A DNA stretch of 64,000 nt from Elusimicrobiota bacterium (GTDB lineage: Bacteria; Elusimicrobiota; Elusimicrobia; FEN-1173). The stretch is from the NCBI GenBank assembly GCA_016715645.1, contig JADJZR010000004.1, positions 101,269 to 165,268 on the forward strand, given 5' to 3'. Below, in pieces: positions 53,535 to 64,000 of the stretch. A model generated the notes under the pieces. It made no database searches, was not told the DNA's origin, and saw nothing but the letters and a program-made list of their open reading frames with translations. Numbering within the stretch: the first letter of the stretch is position 1; every line of letters starts with the position of its first letter. The position numbers were made by a program, and so were the translations under genes.

Positions 53535-53642
53535 GAAAAACTCCTCAACGTGATAAAGTGAGGTCCACTTTATCAACTTTCCCTCGACGCGTCAAACAGA
53601 GCCCCCTCCCCCTCATGCCCCCTAATAAATTTCTTTTCTTCA

Positions 53643-54512
53643 TCAAATCACTTTCGTTCGCTGGAGGACGTCCAGGAAGAATTCTTTCGACCAAACAGCC
53701 AAGGAACCCGCGTCTTTGACGAAAGGTTCAACTTCTCGTCGGGCCTGGGTCAAAGAAACCGTTTCAATCCGTTCCCGAGCCAGGCGGCGAAAGGCCTGTT
53801 CGTCCAGGCGGCGGGAAGAAGGCCAATGCCCACTTTGCACCATTCGTTTTTCCAGATGCACCAGGTGGACTTCGGGATGATGGCCGGCATACCAAGCCCA
53901 ATCATACCAGTCTCGTCCCTTGACCCGGCTCTTCCACCCGCGGCACAAAACCGCGTGCATTTTTCCCGCAAAGAGGTCGGGCAACTGAAAGACCCGCACG
54001 GCAAACGGGAGGGGTTGAGCGAGGTAGCGCGTTTCCGTATCAAACCCGCTGGGAGGATTCGTGTCCGCTTCCAGTTTAATGGTCAATAACCGGCCTAGAG
54101 GAACCTCCCCGACCATGGATTCGCCCACGCGAATACGAAGAAGCTCCCGGCGGGTTTCCACTTTAAGAAAAGCAGACTGGATGGGCGTCACGACCTTCTT
54201 GCCTATTTTATCGACGGAAACGTCGAACCCAAAGGAGCGAATTTCCCGTTTAATTGAATCGAGCGGGGCCGTCCAGTCAAAGGCGGGTCGGGAGGTTAGG
54301 AGAGAGAAATCGAGGTCTTCCGAAAAGCGGTCCAATCCGTGCAGGAGGCGCAGGGCCGTCCCGCCATAAAACGCCGCGTGTTCAAAGAATTTGCAACGCC
54401 AAAGGCCTAAAAGAGCCACCTCCTGAAGAATCTCACGAAGGGCCTGCTGAGCCGATCCGGGGTCCCGCCGATCGTAACGGTCCAGCATTTTAGCAAGGGC
54501 CGGGTGGTTCAT
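53643..54512 (-). CDS. AbiEii/AbiGii-family nucleotidyltransferase toxin (type IV toxin-antitoxin/abortive infection)
   Basis: FYGGTALRLLHGLDRFSEDLDFSL nucleotidyltransferase motif. 289 aa. Confidence 0.75.
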   Translation of the reverse strand: MNHPALAKMLDRYDRRDPGSAQQALREILQEVALLGLWRCKFFEHAAFYGGTALRLLHGLDRFSEDLDFSLLTSRPAFDWTAPLDSIKREIRSFGFDVSVDKIGKKVVTPIQSAFLKVETRRELLRIRVGESMVGEVPLGRLLTIKLEADTNPPSGFDTETRYLAQPLPFAVRVFQLPDLFAGKMHAVLCRGWKSRVKGRDWYDWAWYAGHHPEVHLVHLEKRMVQSGHWPSSRRLDEQAFRRLARERIETVSLTQARREVEPFVKDAGSLAVWSKEFFLDVLQRTKVI

Positions 54513-55147
54513 TGCGTGTGTCCGACACAGCGCGCCAGGAGACGTAACTTCTGTGATCGGTACGCTTGGGCGATTTCCTCAACAGAATCGGAGCTCAACT
54601 CCGCCAAACGCTGTTCGGGGATCCTTAAATTCTCCTTGAGGTAAGAGAGCATGTCGGATCGGTTCAATAGGGCCGAACCGCGGTCGTCATGGACCTTGTC
54701 GGCGAGGGCTTTCTCCGGCGTGGCCAAGAGAAAAGGGGGGGACCCTTCTTGTTCTGATCGATCCACTCCCACAGCGAACGCGTTTGGTGGAGCGCATCGA
54801 TAAATAAATACGCCCAACGGCGTCGTGAATCGTCGAGAGCGCCCGCAGGCGACGGACGTGACGGCTTCGACCTTCTCTGGAATAAATCCATGGATTTGGA
54901 GGGCGGAGTCCAGGGAAACATAGGACGGCCCGTAAATCAGGTTGGCCAGCAACTCGCGAGACGCGGGGCGGCGCGAATGAAGTGGACCAAACACGTAGAG
55001 CCCCTTTTTAACCCGAACAAGATCACCCCGCCGAATCCATGTCGCGATCTTCGCACGGGGGTTCACATACTCCCTCAACGCGCTTATTAAGGTTCGGTAG
55101 TCCACCTCTTCTCCGGGCACAGCCCGGCGCAGTTCTTCAATTCTCAT
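54509..55147 (-). CDS. AbiEi-family antitoxin / transcriptional regulator
   Basis: 212 aa. Lies upstream of the AbiEii gene with a 4-nt overlap. N-terminal wHTH-like region. Confidence 0.65.
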   Translation of the reverse strand: MRIEELRRAVPGEEVDYRTLISALREYVNPRAKIATWIRRGDLVRVKKGLYVFGPLHSRRPASRELLANLIYGPSYVSLDSALQIHGFIPEKVEAVTSVACGRSRRFTTPLGVFIYRCAPPNAFAVGVDRSEQEGSPPFLLATPEKALADKVHDDRGSALLNRSDMLSYLKENLRIPEQRLAELSSDSVEEIAQAYRSQKLRLLARCVGHTQ

Positions 55148-55236
55148 GCCATTTATTACAATAATTCGACATAGTATGTCCAGTAAAATTGGACTTACTG
55201 GTCGACTGCATCGTTTCCAATCCGTTCGTTAGGCTT

Positions 55237-55707
55237 TTATCCCTCCAACAGGCTTCGTAGCATCCAGGCGGTTTTCTCGTGGAGTTGGAGCCGTTGGGTG
55301 AGAAGGTCCATGGTGGCTTGGTCGCCGGCCCGTTCCGCGGCGGGAAAGACCCGGCGGGCGGTTTGAATAACGATCTCGTGGCCTTCCAACAGCTGGCGGA
55401 TCATGTCTGGGGCCTTGGGCACCCCCACGGCTTCTTTAACGGACGTGAGTTTTCCGAACTCCGCGTATGAGCCCGGCGCGTGCTGTTCCAATGCCCGAAT
55501 CCGTTCGGCGATCAAGTCCACGGCCAGGGCCATTTCGTTGTAGTGGGTCTCGAACATGAGGTGCAATGTCTGGAACATGGGGCCCGTGACGTTCCAATGG
55601 AAATTGTGGGTCTTCAGATACAGCGTGTAAGTGTCGGCCAACAAAACCGACAGCCCTGCGGCGATTTCTTTCTTCTGTTCGTTCGATATGACTTTGGTTT
55701 GGGCCAT
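55237..55707 (-). CDS. dps: Dps (DNA-binding ferritin-like protein)
   Basis: 156 aa. Ferroxidase residues pattern HW...D...E. Confidence 0.8.
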   Translation of the reverse strand: MAQTKVISNEQKKEIAAGLSVLLADTYTLYLKTHNFHWNVTGPMFQTLHLMFETHYNEMALAVDLIAERIRALEQHAPGSYAEFGKLTSVKEAVGVPKAPDMIRQLLEGHEIVIQTARRVFPAAERAGDQATMDLLTQRLQLHEKTAWMLRSLLEG

Positions 55708-55765
55708 GGGAGCCTCCTTGAATTTGCTGACAGACAGGTATTGTAGCGTTTTTCGAAGATTCTGG

Positions 55766-57634
55766 TTAATGGAATCCCAGCAGGCGGCCCCCTTGGAAGA
55801 CGATGAAAGCCACGGCGTAGGCGACGCCGTTCATGTAAAAAAATTGAATCACGGGGATCTTCCAGCCGCCGGTTTCACGCCGGACCACAGCCGTGGTGGC
55901 CATGCATTGCATGGCCAGGGCGAAAAAGACCAGGAGGGACAGAGCCGCTAGGGGGGAAAGGTCTTGCCGCAAGGCCGCTTGCAGGGTCGTGGTGTCGTCG
56001 TCCGACTCGATGCTGTAGATCGTTGAGAGCGAACTGACAATAACCTCCCGCGCGGCTTGGGATCCCACGAGACCCACCCCGATCTTCCAATTAAACCCCA
56101 ACGGCTCAATAAGGGGTTCAATGAAAACTCCGATTTGACCGGCGTAGCTGTCTTTCACAGGTTCGGGTCCGCTTGATTTGGGGTAACTGGCCAAAAACCA
56201 GAGGGCGATATTAACCAGGAGGATAATGGTTCCGGCCTGCCGCAAAAATATTTTTGAACGGTCCCACAACATTAAGATCGTTCCCCGCGGGGAGGGCCAT
56301 CGGTAGGGCGGAACTTCCAGGTGGAAGGGGGTAATGTCTTTTTTCAGAACGGTGGCGTTGAATCCCCAGGCGGTGAGGACGGCGGCCAAAAAACCAAGGG
56401 CGTATAAGCTGAGCAAGGCCAGCGCTTGAAGGCCCAACACGCCCTTGATGACGGGCACGGGTGGCACGAAGGCGCCGATCAGCAACGCATACACGGGCAA
56501 TCGCGCGCTGCACGTCATAAAAGGAGCCACGAAAATCGTGGCCAATCGTTCACGACGGCTTTCGATGGTTCGGGCCGCCATGATGCCCGGAATGGCGCAG
56601 GCGTAGGAACTGATGAAAGGAAGAAACGATTTTCCTTGCAGTCCGATTTTGCTGAAGAACCGGTCCATGACGATGGCCGCTCGGGCGAGATACCCCGAAT
56701 TTTCCATGATCGAAATGAAAAAGAACACGATCAAAATTTGGGGCAAAAAAATCACCACGCCGCCCACGCCGGCGATGATGCCGTCCACCGCCAGACTGCG
56801 CAAGAACGGGTTTGTGATCCATTCCCCGACCCGGGTCCCCAGCCAGCCGAACAGTCCATCAATTCCATCCATCAGAGGCCCGGCCCACGAGAAAACAGAT
56901 TGGAAAACCAAGAGAACCACTAACGCGAACACGATGGGCCCAACCACTTTGTGCATGATCACCTTGTCCACCTTCGCTGAAAAGGCGTGAATCGATCGCG
57001 ACTGTCGAACGACCGCCCTCGCAATGGTTTTCGCTTGAACGCGCAGATCCTGGGGTGTGAGGGGGCCGCCTCTTTCTTCAATGGCCGGCGCCGTGGGGAT
57101 TGACGGTTTTGTGAGTTGTGCGTTCAACCACTGTTTGACCTCCCCCATTCCGCGGCGGGTCCGGGCTGAAATGAATAAAGTCGGCACGCCCAAACGCGAT
57201 TCAAGTTCCTTTAGGTCAATTGTCGTCCCCAATCGATCGAGTTCGTCGGTCATGTTAATCAAAAGGAGCGTGGGAAGGTTCAAACGCCGGACCTGGAGGA
57301 CCAACGGCAGGCTCCGTTCCAGGGTGTTTCCGTCCACGACGCACAGAACTCCGTCCAACGCCGGCGCGGAAGGAGACCGGCCGCCCAGAATGTCGGCGGC
57401 CACGCGGGCGTCTTCCGTGCGGGGCGACAAGCTGTAGGTGCCGGGCAGGTCGATCAGATGAACCACCCCGTCTTCCGTGGCAAGGGAACCGGATTTTCGT
57501 TCCACGGTGATGCCCGGGTAGTTGGCCACTTTTTGGCGAAGGCCCGTCAGGAGGTTAAACAGCGTGGTCTTTCCGCAATTGGGATTTCCAGCGATGGCGA
57601 GGGTGATCGTTTTATTTTGAACAAGAGGGGCCAT
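55766..57634 (-). CDS. feoB: ferrous iron transporter B
   Basis: [13 protein letters not shown]-domain. Polytopic membrane C-terminus. 622 aa. Confidence 0.9.
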   Translation of the reverse strand: MAPLVQNKTITLAIAGNPNCGKTTLFNLLTGLRQKVANYPGITVERKSGSLATEDGVVHLIDLPGTYSLSPRTEDARVAADILGGRSPSAPALDGVLCVVDGNTLERSLPLVLQVRRLNLPTLLLINMTDELDRLGTTIDLKELESRLGVPTLFISARTRRGMGEVKQWLNAQLTKPSIPTAPAIEERGGPLTPQDLRVQAKTIARAVVRQSRSIHAFSAKVDKVIMHKVVGPIVFALVVLLVFQSVFSWAGPLMDGIDGLFGWLGTRVGEWITNPFLRSLAVDGIIAGVGGVVIFLPQILIVFFFISIMENSGYLARAAIVMDRFFSKIGLQGKSFLPFISSYACAIPGIMAARTIESRRERLATIFVAPFMTCSARLPVYALLIGAFVPPVPVIKGVLGLQALALLSLYALGFLAAVLTAWGFNATVLKKDITPFHLEVPPYRWPSPRGTILMLWDRSKIFLRQAGTIILLVNIALWFLASYPKSSGPEPVKDSYAGQIGVFIEPLIEPLGFNWKIGVGLVGSQAAREVIVSSLSTIYSIESDDDTTTLQAALRQDLSPLAALSLLVFFALAMQCMATTAVVRRETGGWKIPVIQFFYMNGVAYAVAFIVFQGGRLLGFH

Positions 57635-57635
57635 T

Positions 57636-57893
57636 TTATTCTCTCCCCATGGATTTTGTTTGAACGTCGCGCAAAAGGATTTTTTCGGCGTCCCGTTTTC
57701 GCAGAGAGAGCCGATAATTCATCAGGCCCACGACGATCGGGTCGCCGAACGGCGATCGGCCTTCCATTGAAACAATTTCACCCAGGCCCAACCCCAACTC
57801 GAGCCATTGGTCCGCCACCTCGGGTTCCGCTTGGACGTCGCACACAACGCCCTCTTCTCCTAAGGCCAAATCCGAAAGTTTTTTCGTCTTCAT
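57636..57893 (-). CDS. feoA: ferrous iron transport protein A
   Basis: 85-aa SH3-like FeoA immediately upstream of feoB. Confidence 0.8.
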   Translation of the reverse strand: MKTKKLSDLALGEEGVVCDVQAEPEVADQWLELGLGLGEIVSMEGRSPFGDPIVVGLMNYRLSLRKRDAEKILLRDVQTKSMGRE

Positions 57894-57905
57894 CGAAGAA
57901 TCTCC

Positions 57906-58922
57906 TTAGAAAGACGACGACAGCATGAGGCTTGAGACCCACCCTTTCGCGCGTTCACCGGCGCCGGGATCGTAGGCGTCACGAAGGTACTGCCCGTCCA
58001 GGTTGACCCCTACCCCTTCCGTTAATTGAACACGCACATAGGCCTCGGTCACGTCGCTTTGATGGACGCCCTTGTTCCCGTTGTTCGCCGTGGCGTGGCC
58101 AATCCCGAAATTGTCCGCGGGCCGTCCCCAAAGGGTTCCACGGACGTTGAGGCCTCCCGAATAAAGGTTTCCGAATTGGATGGCGGCGTCCCCGTTTTGA
58201 ACACCCACCCGGACCCAGCCGCCCAGAATCGGCCCGAATTCTTGATCGCAGGACAAAACCGCCCCGTGGCGGGTTCTTAACGTGGTGCTGCTCACATCCA
58301 AGAAATTTTTGTCCGCGGCTTCCAGGGAGAGCCGATAATTTCCTTCTCCCCACGCCGATTTCAGTTTCACGCCGGTTTGAAGGCCGTAGAAAGTGAAGGG
58401 ATTTCCGTCGTCGTTTTCCCCTACGTCCATGACCACCCCGTTCACAGACAGAAGGCCCTTCTCGAACCGAACGGCGCCCCCCAGATCATAGGAGGGGGCG
58501 AAAACGTTCGCTCCGTTCACCAGCGCCTCGTTCATGAATTGAGAATATTCGTCGTTAGCGAACGCGTTTTCGTCCAGATAGTCTGTTGCGTCGATAAGGC
58601 CCCCCGTCACTTCCAAGAGTGTGGAGTCTCGCGAAAAATCATGTTTATACCAGGCGGTGAGCAAATGGTCGCGGTTGCGGCCATTGATGTCGCGAACGTC
58701 GTCCTCGGCGTCGGCGGCCCAGGGGGAGAGAACGAATGGCGAAATCGCCTTCACTCCATTGCCAGCGGCAAATCCGAATTTGAAAAAGAATTCGTCCTTC
58801 TCGGATTGCCGAACAGACACTTCAGGTTGAAAAACAAAAACGCCGCGGGAACCCTCCGTGATGTCGGGGGCGGGATTGTGGACGTCGAAGGCCTGAGCGT
58901 TGCCGGCCATGACCCCATTCAA
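57906..58922 (-). CDS. outer-membrane porin (OprB/carbohydrate-porin-like). A signal peptide may lie in an upstream frame (58919-59095).
   Basis: Beta-barrel pattern ending in ...MLSSSF (C-terminal Phe). Apparent TTG start. A signal-peptide ORF MHDNGAFKRGKGGGFVFFTLAGLALPISA in another frame overlaps the 5' end. Confidence 0.6.
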   Translation of the reverse strand: MNGVMAGNAQAFDVHNPAPDITEGSRGVFVFQPEVSVRQSEKDEFFFKFGFAAGNGVKAISPFVLSPWAADAEDDVRDINGRNRDHLLTAWYKHDFSRDSTLLEVTGGLIDATDYLDENAFANDEYSQFMNEALVNGANVFAPSYDLGGAVRFEKGLLSVNGVVMDVGENDDGNPFTFYGLQTGVKLKSAWGEGNYRLSLEAADKNFLDVSSTTLRTRHGAVLSCDQEFGPILGGWVRVGVQNGDAAIQFGNLYSGGLNVRGTLWGRPADNFGIGHATANNGNKGVHQSDVTEAYVRVQLTEGVGVNLDGQYLRDAYDPGAGERAKGWVSSLMLSSSF

Positions 58923-59339
58923 GCTGACGCGGGGAGCGGACGCGCTCTCCTCAACTGTTGGACCCGTGACTGAATCGAACGCATTTCCTGACTCACCAAC
59001 GATTCTTCCGCCGAAATCGGCAATGCCAGCCCCGCCAGCGTGAAAAAAACAAATCCCCCACCTTTCCCGCGCTTGAATGCCCCGTTGTCGTGCATTGGAA
59101 CGTCCCCCTCTATTGTATGATATTGAAATTCAATCTCATTTTAATTTTCTGTCGTTTCGTTGTCAAGGGGTCAAAATTACGAAAGGTAAAAAACGTGGGC
59201 ACGTCGATCGCATTGGAACAAACGCCGATCGGACGAGCTGAGTGGTCAAGAACAGCCAGTGTAGTGATTAATAATTGGCATAGAACGAAAAAATATGTTT
59301 TTGTTAGGTTGACGGTGATCCCGCGACAAAAACGGACAA

Positions 59340-62300
59340 TTATTTGATGACCGCCATCTTGAAAAATCGATCATCGCTTCCGTTCAAGGTGAATCGGGCG
59401 ATGTAAACCCCGGACGAAACGGGATGGCCGTTCTTGTCGCGGCCGTCCCATTCGACGTAGTGATATTTTCCTCCCGCCAATCCCTTGGCTTCAATCGTTC
59501 GGGTCAATATCCCTGCCGCATCCACAATTTCAATGAGGACGTCGCCGGATTTGTCGGAGGGCAAGGCGAGTTTAATGAAAGTTCCTTCCGTTGTCACAAC
59601 GTGGGGAGGGTCGGTGTCGTTCAACGGCACGGACTTGGGTTTTAGGTTGAATGGGTTGGGCACATTGTGGATTTGGATTGTCCCGTTCAACGGGATGGGT
59701 TGGCCGACGATCACGGCCGTTTCATTGTTCAGAACCACGAAAATAGAGAGGTGGTTAACGGATACGGTGATGGTGTGGTTTATTTCGTCCACCTTCCGGT
59801 CACGGGATTCCATGAAATAATAGCCGCCGTTGGGCCGGTAGTAGTAGATGTTCAGGGTCGACGGGTCCGTCACGAGGTCTGGATCGTAGGACAAGGTGAG
59901 AGAGGCGTTGCTTTTGAGATTATGGCTGATTCCCGCCGGCAGAAAGATATCGTAGAACGCGCTAAAAGGAGATATCCGGGGGGCCGACGCGACAGCCGCG
60001 TGGAGGTCGGCCGACGGGTAAGCCTTCGGTCCCAGCCGCGCGGCCGCGGACAGAGCGGCGGGAGCGGGCCGCGCGGGTAGGACAGACAATCCAGCGGGCC
60101 CCGACAGAGGGTCCAAGCTCGCGGCACGCTGTATCCCGATTTCCACACTGGATGAACCGGCCACATCAAACGCCCCGGGATCAAAACTAACGCCGGCGGG
60201 GTCGCCGTCAAGCGTCACGCTTCCCCCAGCGGCGTTTGTCACCTGCCCCTGACGGCGCATTCCCACCCCCGCGAAAAACTCGAACGTTTTGTCGACCGCG
60301 AAGGGGGCTCCAACCGGGCTTTCGGGGTCGGTCACGTTGGTTATGAATTGGAGACGAAATTGAAAGGAGGTCTCATTGTCCGGTTTTTCATAAACCACCC
60401 CGATGGCGTCGCGGGAAGCGCTGAGTTCCCTTGACAAGACGTGGCCGGTGCCGTCTACCAGCGTTACGATTTGGGTTAAATCGTCGTCTTCCGCGGCGAG
60501 AGATTGCAAGGCCTGAGAGACCTTGAACGAAAGAGTGTATCGAAGGGGATAGTGTTCATCTTGCGATTGGTCAGCGATAATCGTGGGCGGCGAGACGTTG
60601 AGGGCGAGGTTAACCCCTTTGGTTTCGTGAGGAGACTCCACGGTGACGTTGCTTTTTACTTCAGTGAAATTGTTTTTGGCGTTCCCAATGAGAATGGAGT
60701 AGGCCTTGTTCGGCTGAAACCCGGTCAGAGAGTATCCTGTGACCAGGAGGGTGTCGTTATGGCTGTACACCTTGCCAAAAACAACATCAGAAAATCCTTC
60801 CGCCACAGCCAGGATTGTTTGCGCGTCTTGAAGGCCGGGGGGGGATCCATCCGATTTCGTTATGTTGCCGGAAAGGGTCGCGCCTTTGTTGAGGACGATG
60901 GTGCCGAGGTCCGTGGTTTCACCGCGAGAGATGACGAATTTCCAGTTTCTCGTGGCGTATCCCAAAGCGACAACACGCGCGGCATACTGACCGGGCTTGA
61001 GACCTTTGATCAGGAACACACCATCGGCGTCGGTGGTTTCCACAATTTCGCCCAGGGGGTTGTCTCCCCGGGGGTCCCCATCGCGGTGGAGTCCGAGCGT
61101 GGCCCGACGTTGTCCCTGCCCGTTAATAAAATCTTCAAAGGGGGTTTCCAGGGGGCCCCCGTCTAGGGTGGTGATGGTTCCGCGGACCAGGGTTTCGATG
61201 GGGGAGAGGTTGAAGTCAACGGAGACGCGTTTGGAGTCGTCGCGGACGTCAATCATCCGCCGGGTTTCGGATCCATATTGAACGCCTTGTAAGTCGGCCT
61301 GCCAATCGCCGGTGTTAAAACGAGGTGCGGCCGTGACGTCGTAACGCCGTTGGGCGCGGTCGATGCCTTCAAAAATGTAGTGCCCTTCATCATCTGTGTA
61401 CGTTTCCATTCGACCTTGTGTCCGTTGGGAGCCGTTGTCAAGAGAAGGCATGGCCCAGACGCGAATGTTGGAGAGGGGCTCCCCGGATGAATTGTTGACG
61501 GTGCCCGACAGAGTGACAGTCCGATTCAAGTCAACGATGCCGATGTCCACGATTTTTCCCTCGCTGACCCGCACACCCGACAGGAGGGTTGGCGCATAAA
61601 CAGGTTGTTCCGCGGTTCGGGTCTGTGAGCCTTCGTTGACGTCCTCTCCAAAGAAGAGGTCGTAGGTCGTGCCGGGGGCCAGTTGTGTTATCTGGAACTG
61701 GTGGGTTATGCTGTCAATGGCGAGGGTGAACCCATCGGTCTCTCGGCTGGCGTGGGAGAGGCCGCCCGGGATCCAGGGGTTAGCCCGAGCAGTGATCGCA
61801 AAAGAGGTCGAAAGATATTGGGATAAATTTTGGGCCGTCATCAATGTTCCAGAATCGTCATCGCGCAATTTCCCGTAGAGCGTTCCCGCCAAGTCCAACG
61901 TGATGTTGTGGGTGCGGTCAGCGCTGCCGACCGTGATGAGCGCCGTTGCGGCTGAATATTTGGCCGGGGGGGGCGGGGTGGTGGGATGGTCCAGTGCCCA
62001 TTGGGTAAAATCTTCGCGAATTTCAAGGACGTAAGTCCCGGGCGATAAGTGTTCGAAACGATAGGCGGCGGTTCCATCTCCTTCGGTGTCAACGATCTCC
62101 TGCCACAGAGACAAGTTGTTGGTGGCACGCAACGTCACGTGAAAAGAGCGCGTGTCTGTGGAGTCATCCCCATCGGGCCGCACGAGAGCGCCAGCCAACG
62201 CTGAACCGTTGGAAATTGTCAGATCGATTCCAGTTAACCCTGTCGCCCCCACGTGAACCACGCGGCTTAGAGACGCAACATCCGCAAGGTCATCGGTTGA

Positions 62301-63983
62301 ATCAAGGCGTTGCGCGAGCCGTACGAGATAGGATCCCGGGACCAACCCGTCTACGGTGTAAGTCACCGTGTCTCCACTGAGTTGGGTGGGGATGAGACGG
62401 TCAGGGCTTCGCTGAGGATCGTAGACGCTCGGCAAGGGGAATTGATGGATTTCGATTGGGGGGGCTGTGGAAACCGCGGCGCCGAGACCCGCGGCCGACG
62501 TCACGGTCACGTTCCAAGGGCGACCGAGGTTTAGATTGCCCTCGAGAACAATCGCGCCGGTCAACGAATGGGTGTGTCCGCTCATGTCCACCGTCAACGT
62601 CGTGGTGGACCCGTTGGTGACGGCGACCGGAACTCGCTTTCGTAAACCGCTCGATGGGTTGGAGTTGATGAGCGACACGCTGTAAAGACCCGTCCCCACA
62701 TTGGTCAAATCGGCAAATCCGGTGATCGTATCCAGAGTTTGGAATGTTCCCGTTTGCGAGCCCGTTGGGGAGCCCGCGGCGTCCAGACTGTAGGACACCA
62801 GCGACGGCAAGTCGCCCGCCGACAGTTTTGCCAACAACCGTACGGCGCCCTGAAAGGTTTGGAAGGTGATATTGCGTTCGGAAAATCCGTCCTGCACTGT
62901 GACCAGAGTGGGGAGGGTTGGGGTGGCACCAAATCCGGTCAAGTCGGCGTTAAGTCGGTACACGCCGTCTTCAAGCCCTGTTAAGGTGTAATTTGCTGTG
63001 GCGTTGCTGGGTCCTGTGCTCAAACACACCGATGTGGCCACACTGGTCAATCGGAGGGACGACACGGCAGTCAGAGTGAGGGGGACTTGCCCTGGAGAAC
63101 AGTAATTCGCAAATCCAGGACGGGTGTCGGGCGGAAGGTGGGAACTGTCTCCCATCACCGTGATGGTTCCGCTGATTGTTCCGGTGTTGGTGAACATTGG
63201 AAAATCAACTCCCCCATCAAAGGGGGTGCCGATGTCTGCTGTTGCCACGGTGACGGTGGACACGGACTGGGGGTTATACCCGGGGCTGTTAGCGCGAAGG
63301 ACATAGGCGCCTGGGTCTAGATTTGTCAGACGAAATACGCCGGACGATTGGTTGTTGACAACCCACGCGCCGCCCCAGGCCGTGGGCTGAGTGGCTCCCA
63401 GGGGAGTCGCCTCCACCGTCACCCACCGACCCCCGTAAGGGGTGTTGCGGTCGGACGGAAAGCGGACCCAACCATAGATGTTGGCTTTGCGTCCGATGCT
63501 GGTGCTGATGTCCACCATCGAACCACTGTCTCCCGACGTGGCGGACAGGGCAAGAGTTCCAAATTCCGGAAGCACGAGCTCCAGAGTGTAAAGCGTTCCG
63601 GTTGATACGTTAAGCACTGTCCATGTGCTGTAAGCTGGGTCATACGTTGGTCGGCCGTTGTCCGTGCCGATCGAGCCGGCCGGTAAGCCGAGGGGAGCTT
63701 CAATAACGTCTTGCTCTGTTCGGGCAAGAACTCGCCCATAAACATTGTAATGGAGCGACATCGGAACGCTCACATGCACACGGATCGCCGCCGTGCCCAC
63801 CAACTGGAAATCCACATTCGGCGTTGCCGTAGTCACCCACACGATTTTTCGAGCGGTGAGGGTCCCCGGCATGACCGTCTCCAACGTGTAGTTTTGACCG
63901 GCCCGCAGTCCTCCCACAAAATACGTCCCGTCCGCGTTTGTGCGTGCGGTTCCGCCACCGCCCGCGCCGTAAACGTTGATCAT
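59340..63983 (-). CDS. giant secreted multi-domain (CarbopepD_reg/Ig-like repeats) protein with T9SS-type C-terminal sorting domain; N-terminus beyond the window
   Basis: Longer than 1547 aa and open at the window edge. C-terminus YHYVEWDGRDKNGHPVSSGVYIARF...KMAVIK. Confidence 0.7.
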   Translation of the reverse strand: MINVYGAGGGGTARTNADGTYFVGGLRAGQNYTLETVMPGTLTARKIVWVTTATPNVDFQLVGTAAIRVHVSVPMSLHYNVYGRVLARTEQDVIEAPLGLPAGSIGTDNGRPTYDPAYSTWTVLNVSTGTLYTLELVLPEFGTLALSATSGDSGSMVDISTSIGRKANIYGWVRFPSDRNTPYGGRWVTVEATPLGATQPTAWGGAWVVNNQSSGVFRLTNLDPGAYVLRANSPGYNPQSVSTVTVATADIGTPFDGGVDFPMFTNTGTISGTITVMGDSSHLPPDTRPGFANYCSPGQVPLTLTAVSSLRLTSVATSVCLSTGPSNATANYTLTGLEDGVYRLNADLTGFGATPTLPTLVTVQDGFSERNITFQTFQGAVRLLAKLSAGDLPSLVSYSLDAAGSPTGSQTGTFQTLDTITGFADLTNVGTGLYSVSLINSNPSSGLRKRVPVAVTNGSTTTLTVDMSGHTHSLTGAIVLEGNLNLGRPWNVTVTSAAGLGAAVSTAPPIEIHQFPLPSVYDPQRSPDRLIPTQLSGDTVTYTVDGLVPGSYLVRLAQRLDSTDDLADVASLSRVVHVGATGLTGIDLTISNGSALAGALVRPDGDDSTDTRSFHVTLRATNNLSLWQEIVDTEGDGTAAYRFEHLSPGTYVLEIREDFTQWALDHPTTPPPPAKYSAATALITVGSADRTHNITLDLAGTLYGKLRDDDSGTLMTAQNLSQYLSTSFAITARANPWIPGGLSHASRETDGFTLAIDSITHQFQITQLAPGTTYDLFFGEDVNEGSQTRTAEQPVYAPTLLSGVRVSEGKIVDIGIVDLNRTVTLSGTVNNSSGEPLSNIRVWAMPSLDNGSQRTQGRMETYTDDEGHYIFEGIDRAQRRYDVTAAPRFNTGDWQADLQGVQYGSETRRMIDVRDDSKRVSVDFNLSPIETLVRGTITTLDGGPLETPFEDFINGQGQRRATLGLHRDGDPRGDNPLGEIVETTDADGVFLIKGLKPGQYAARVVALGYATRNWKFVISRGETTDLGTIVLNKGATLSGNITKSDGSPPGLQDAQTILAVAEGFSDVVFGKVYSHNDTLLVTGYSLTGFQPNKAYSILIGNAKNNFTEVKSNVTVESPHETKGVNLALNVSPPTIIADQSQDEHYPLRYTLSFKVSQALQSLAAEDDDLTQIVTLVDGTGHVLSRELSASRDAIGVVYEKPDNETSFQFRLQFITNVTDPESPVGAPFAVDKTFEFFAGVGMRRQGQVTNAAGGSVTLDGDPAGVSFDPGAFDVAGSSSVEIGIQRAASLDPLSGPAGLSVLPARPAPAALSAAARLGPKAYPSADLHAAVASAPRISPFSAFYDIFLPAGISHNLKSNASLTLSYDPDLVTDPSTLNIYYYRPNGGYYFMESRDRKVDEINHTITVSVNHLSIFVVLNNETAVIVGQPIPLNGTIQIHNVPNPFNLKPKSVPLNDTDPPHVVTTEGTFIKLALPSDKSGDVLIEIVDAAGILTRTIEAKGLAGGKYHYVEWDGRDKNGHPVSSGVYIARFTLNGSDDRFFKMAVIK

Positions 63984-64000
63984 GGCTCCTTGGACGGGAC

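Overview
This is a high-GC (~63%) bacterial chromosomal window with three parts. Left (0-12.1 kb): a purine/GMP biosynthesis cluster with three anomalies. These are an in-frame fusion of a DNA-methyltransferase-like domain to guaA, a tandem-duplicated purS, and a purD broken by an internal deletion plus frameshift. The cluster is followed by arfB. Centre (12.2-36.4 kb): a genomic island abutting tRNA-Ser(GGA). It begins with a ~0.8-kb IS1634-like remnant that has terminal inverted repeats. Two ~2.47-kb inverted-repeat arms (13060-15530 and 31330-33790) then enclose ~15.8 kb of cargo. Each arm carries about six tandem copies of a GC-rich ~247-bp repeat, and the two arms are ~95% identical. The enclosed cargo comprises a 3.4-kb recombinase-in-trio (RIT) element inserted precisely into a DUF1016_N/SNase nuclease gene, an SRPBCC gene, a C1 peptidase with an in-frame TGA, an ISKra4-like IS, a heavily decayed czcCBA-like heavy-metal RND operon with a P-II-like gene, and a ribbon-helix-helix (RHH) gene. 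Next to the tRNA sits an XRE regulator plus large serine recombinase cassette, itself flanked by ~370-bp inverted copies of the tRNA 3' flank. Many island genes carry frameshifts, nonsense codons or deletions, whereas flanking housekeeping genes are intact. Right (36.4-64 kb): core genes yraN-rnhB-rplS-trmD-KH-rpsP, thyX (tandem-domain form), purA, carA, carB, nadE, an SDR, a GAF-ANTAR regulator, an AbiEi/AbiEii pair, dps, feoAB and a porin. There are also two secreted proteins with T9SS-type C-terminal sorting domains and an outer-membrane beta-barrel gene. The most novel signal is the nested inverted-repeat and long-tandem-repeat architecture of the tRNA-Ser island; I cannot assign it to a described element class from the sequence alone.
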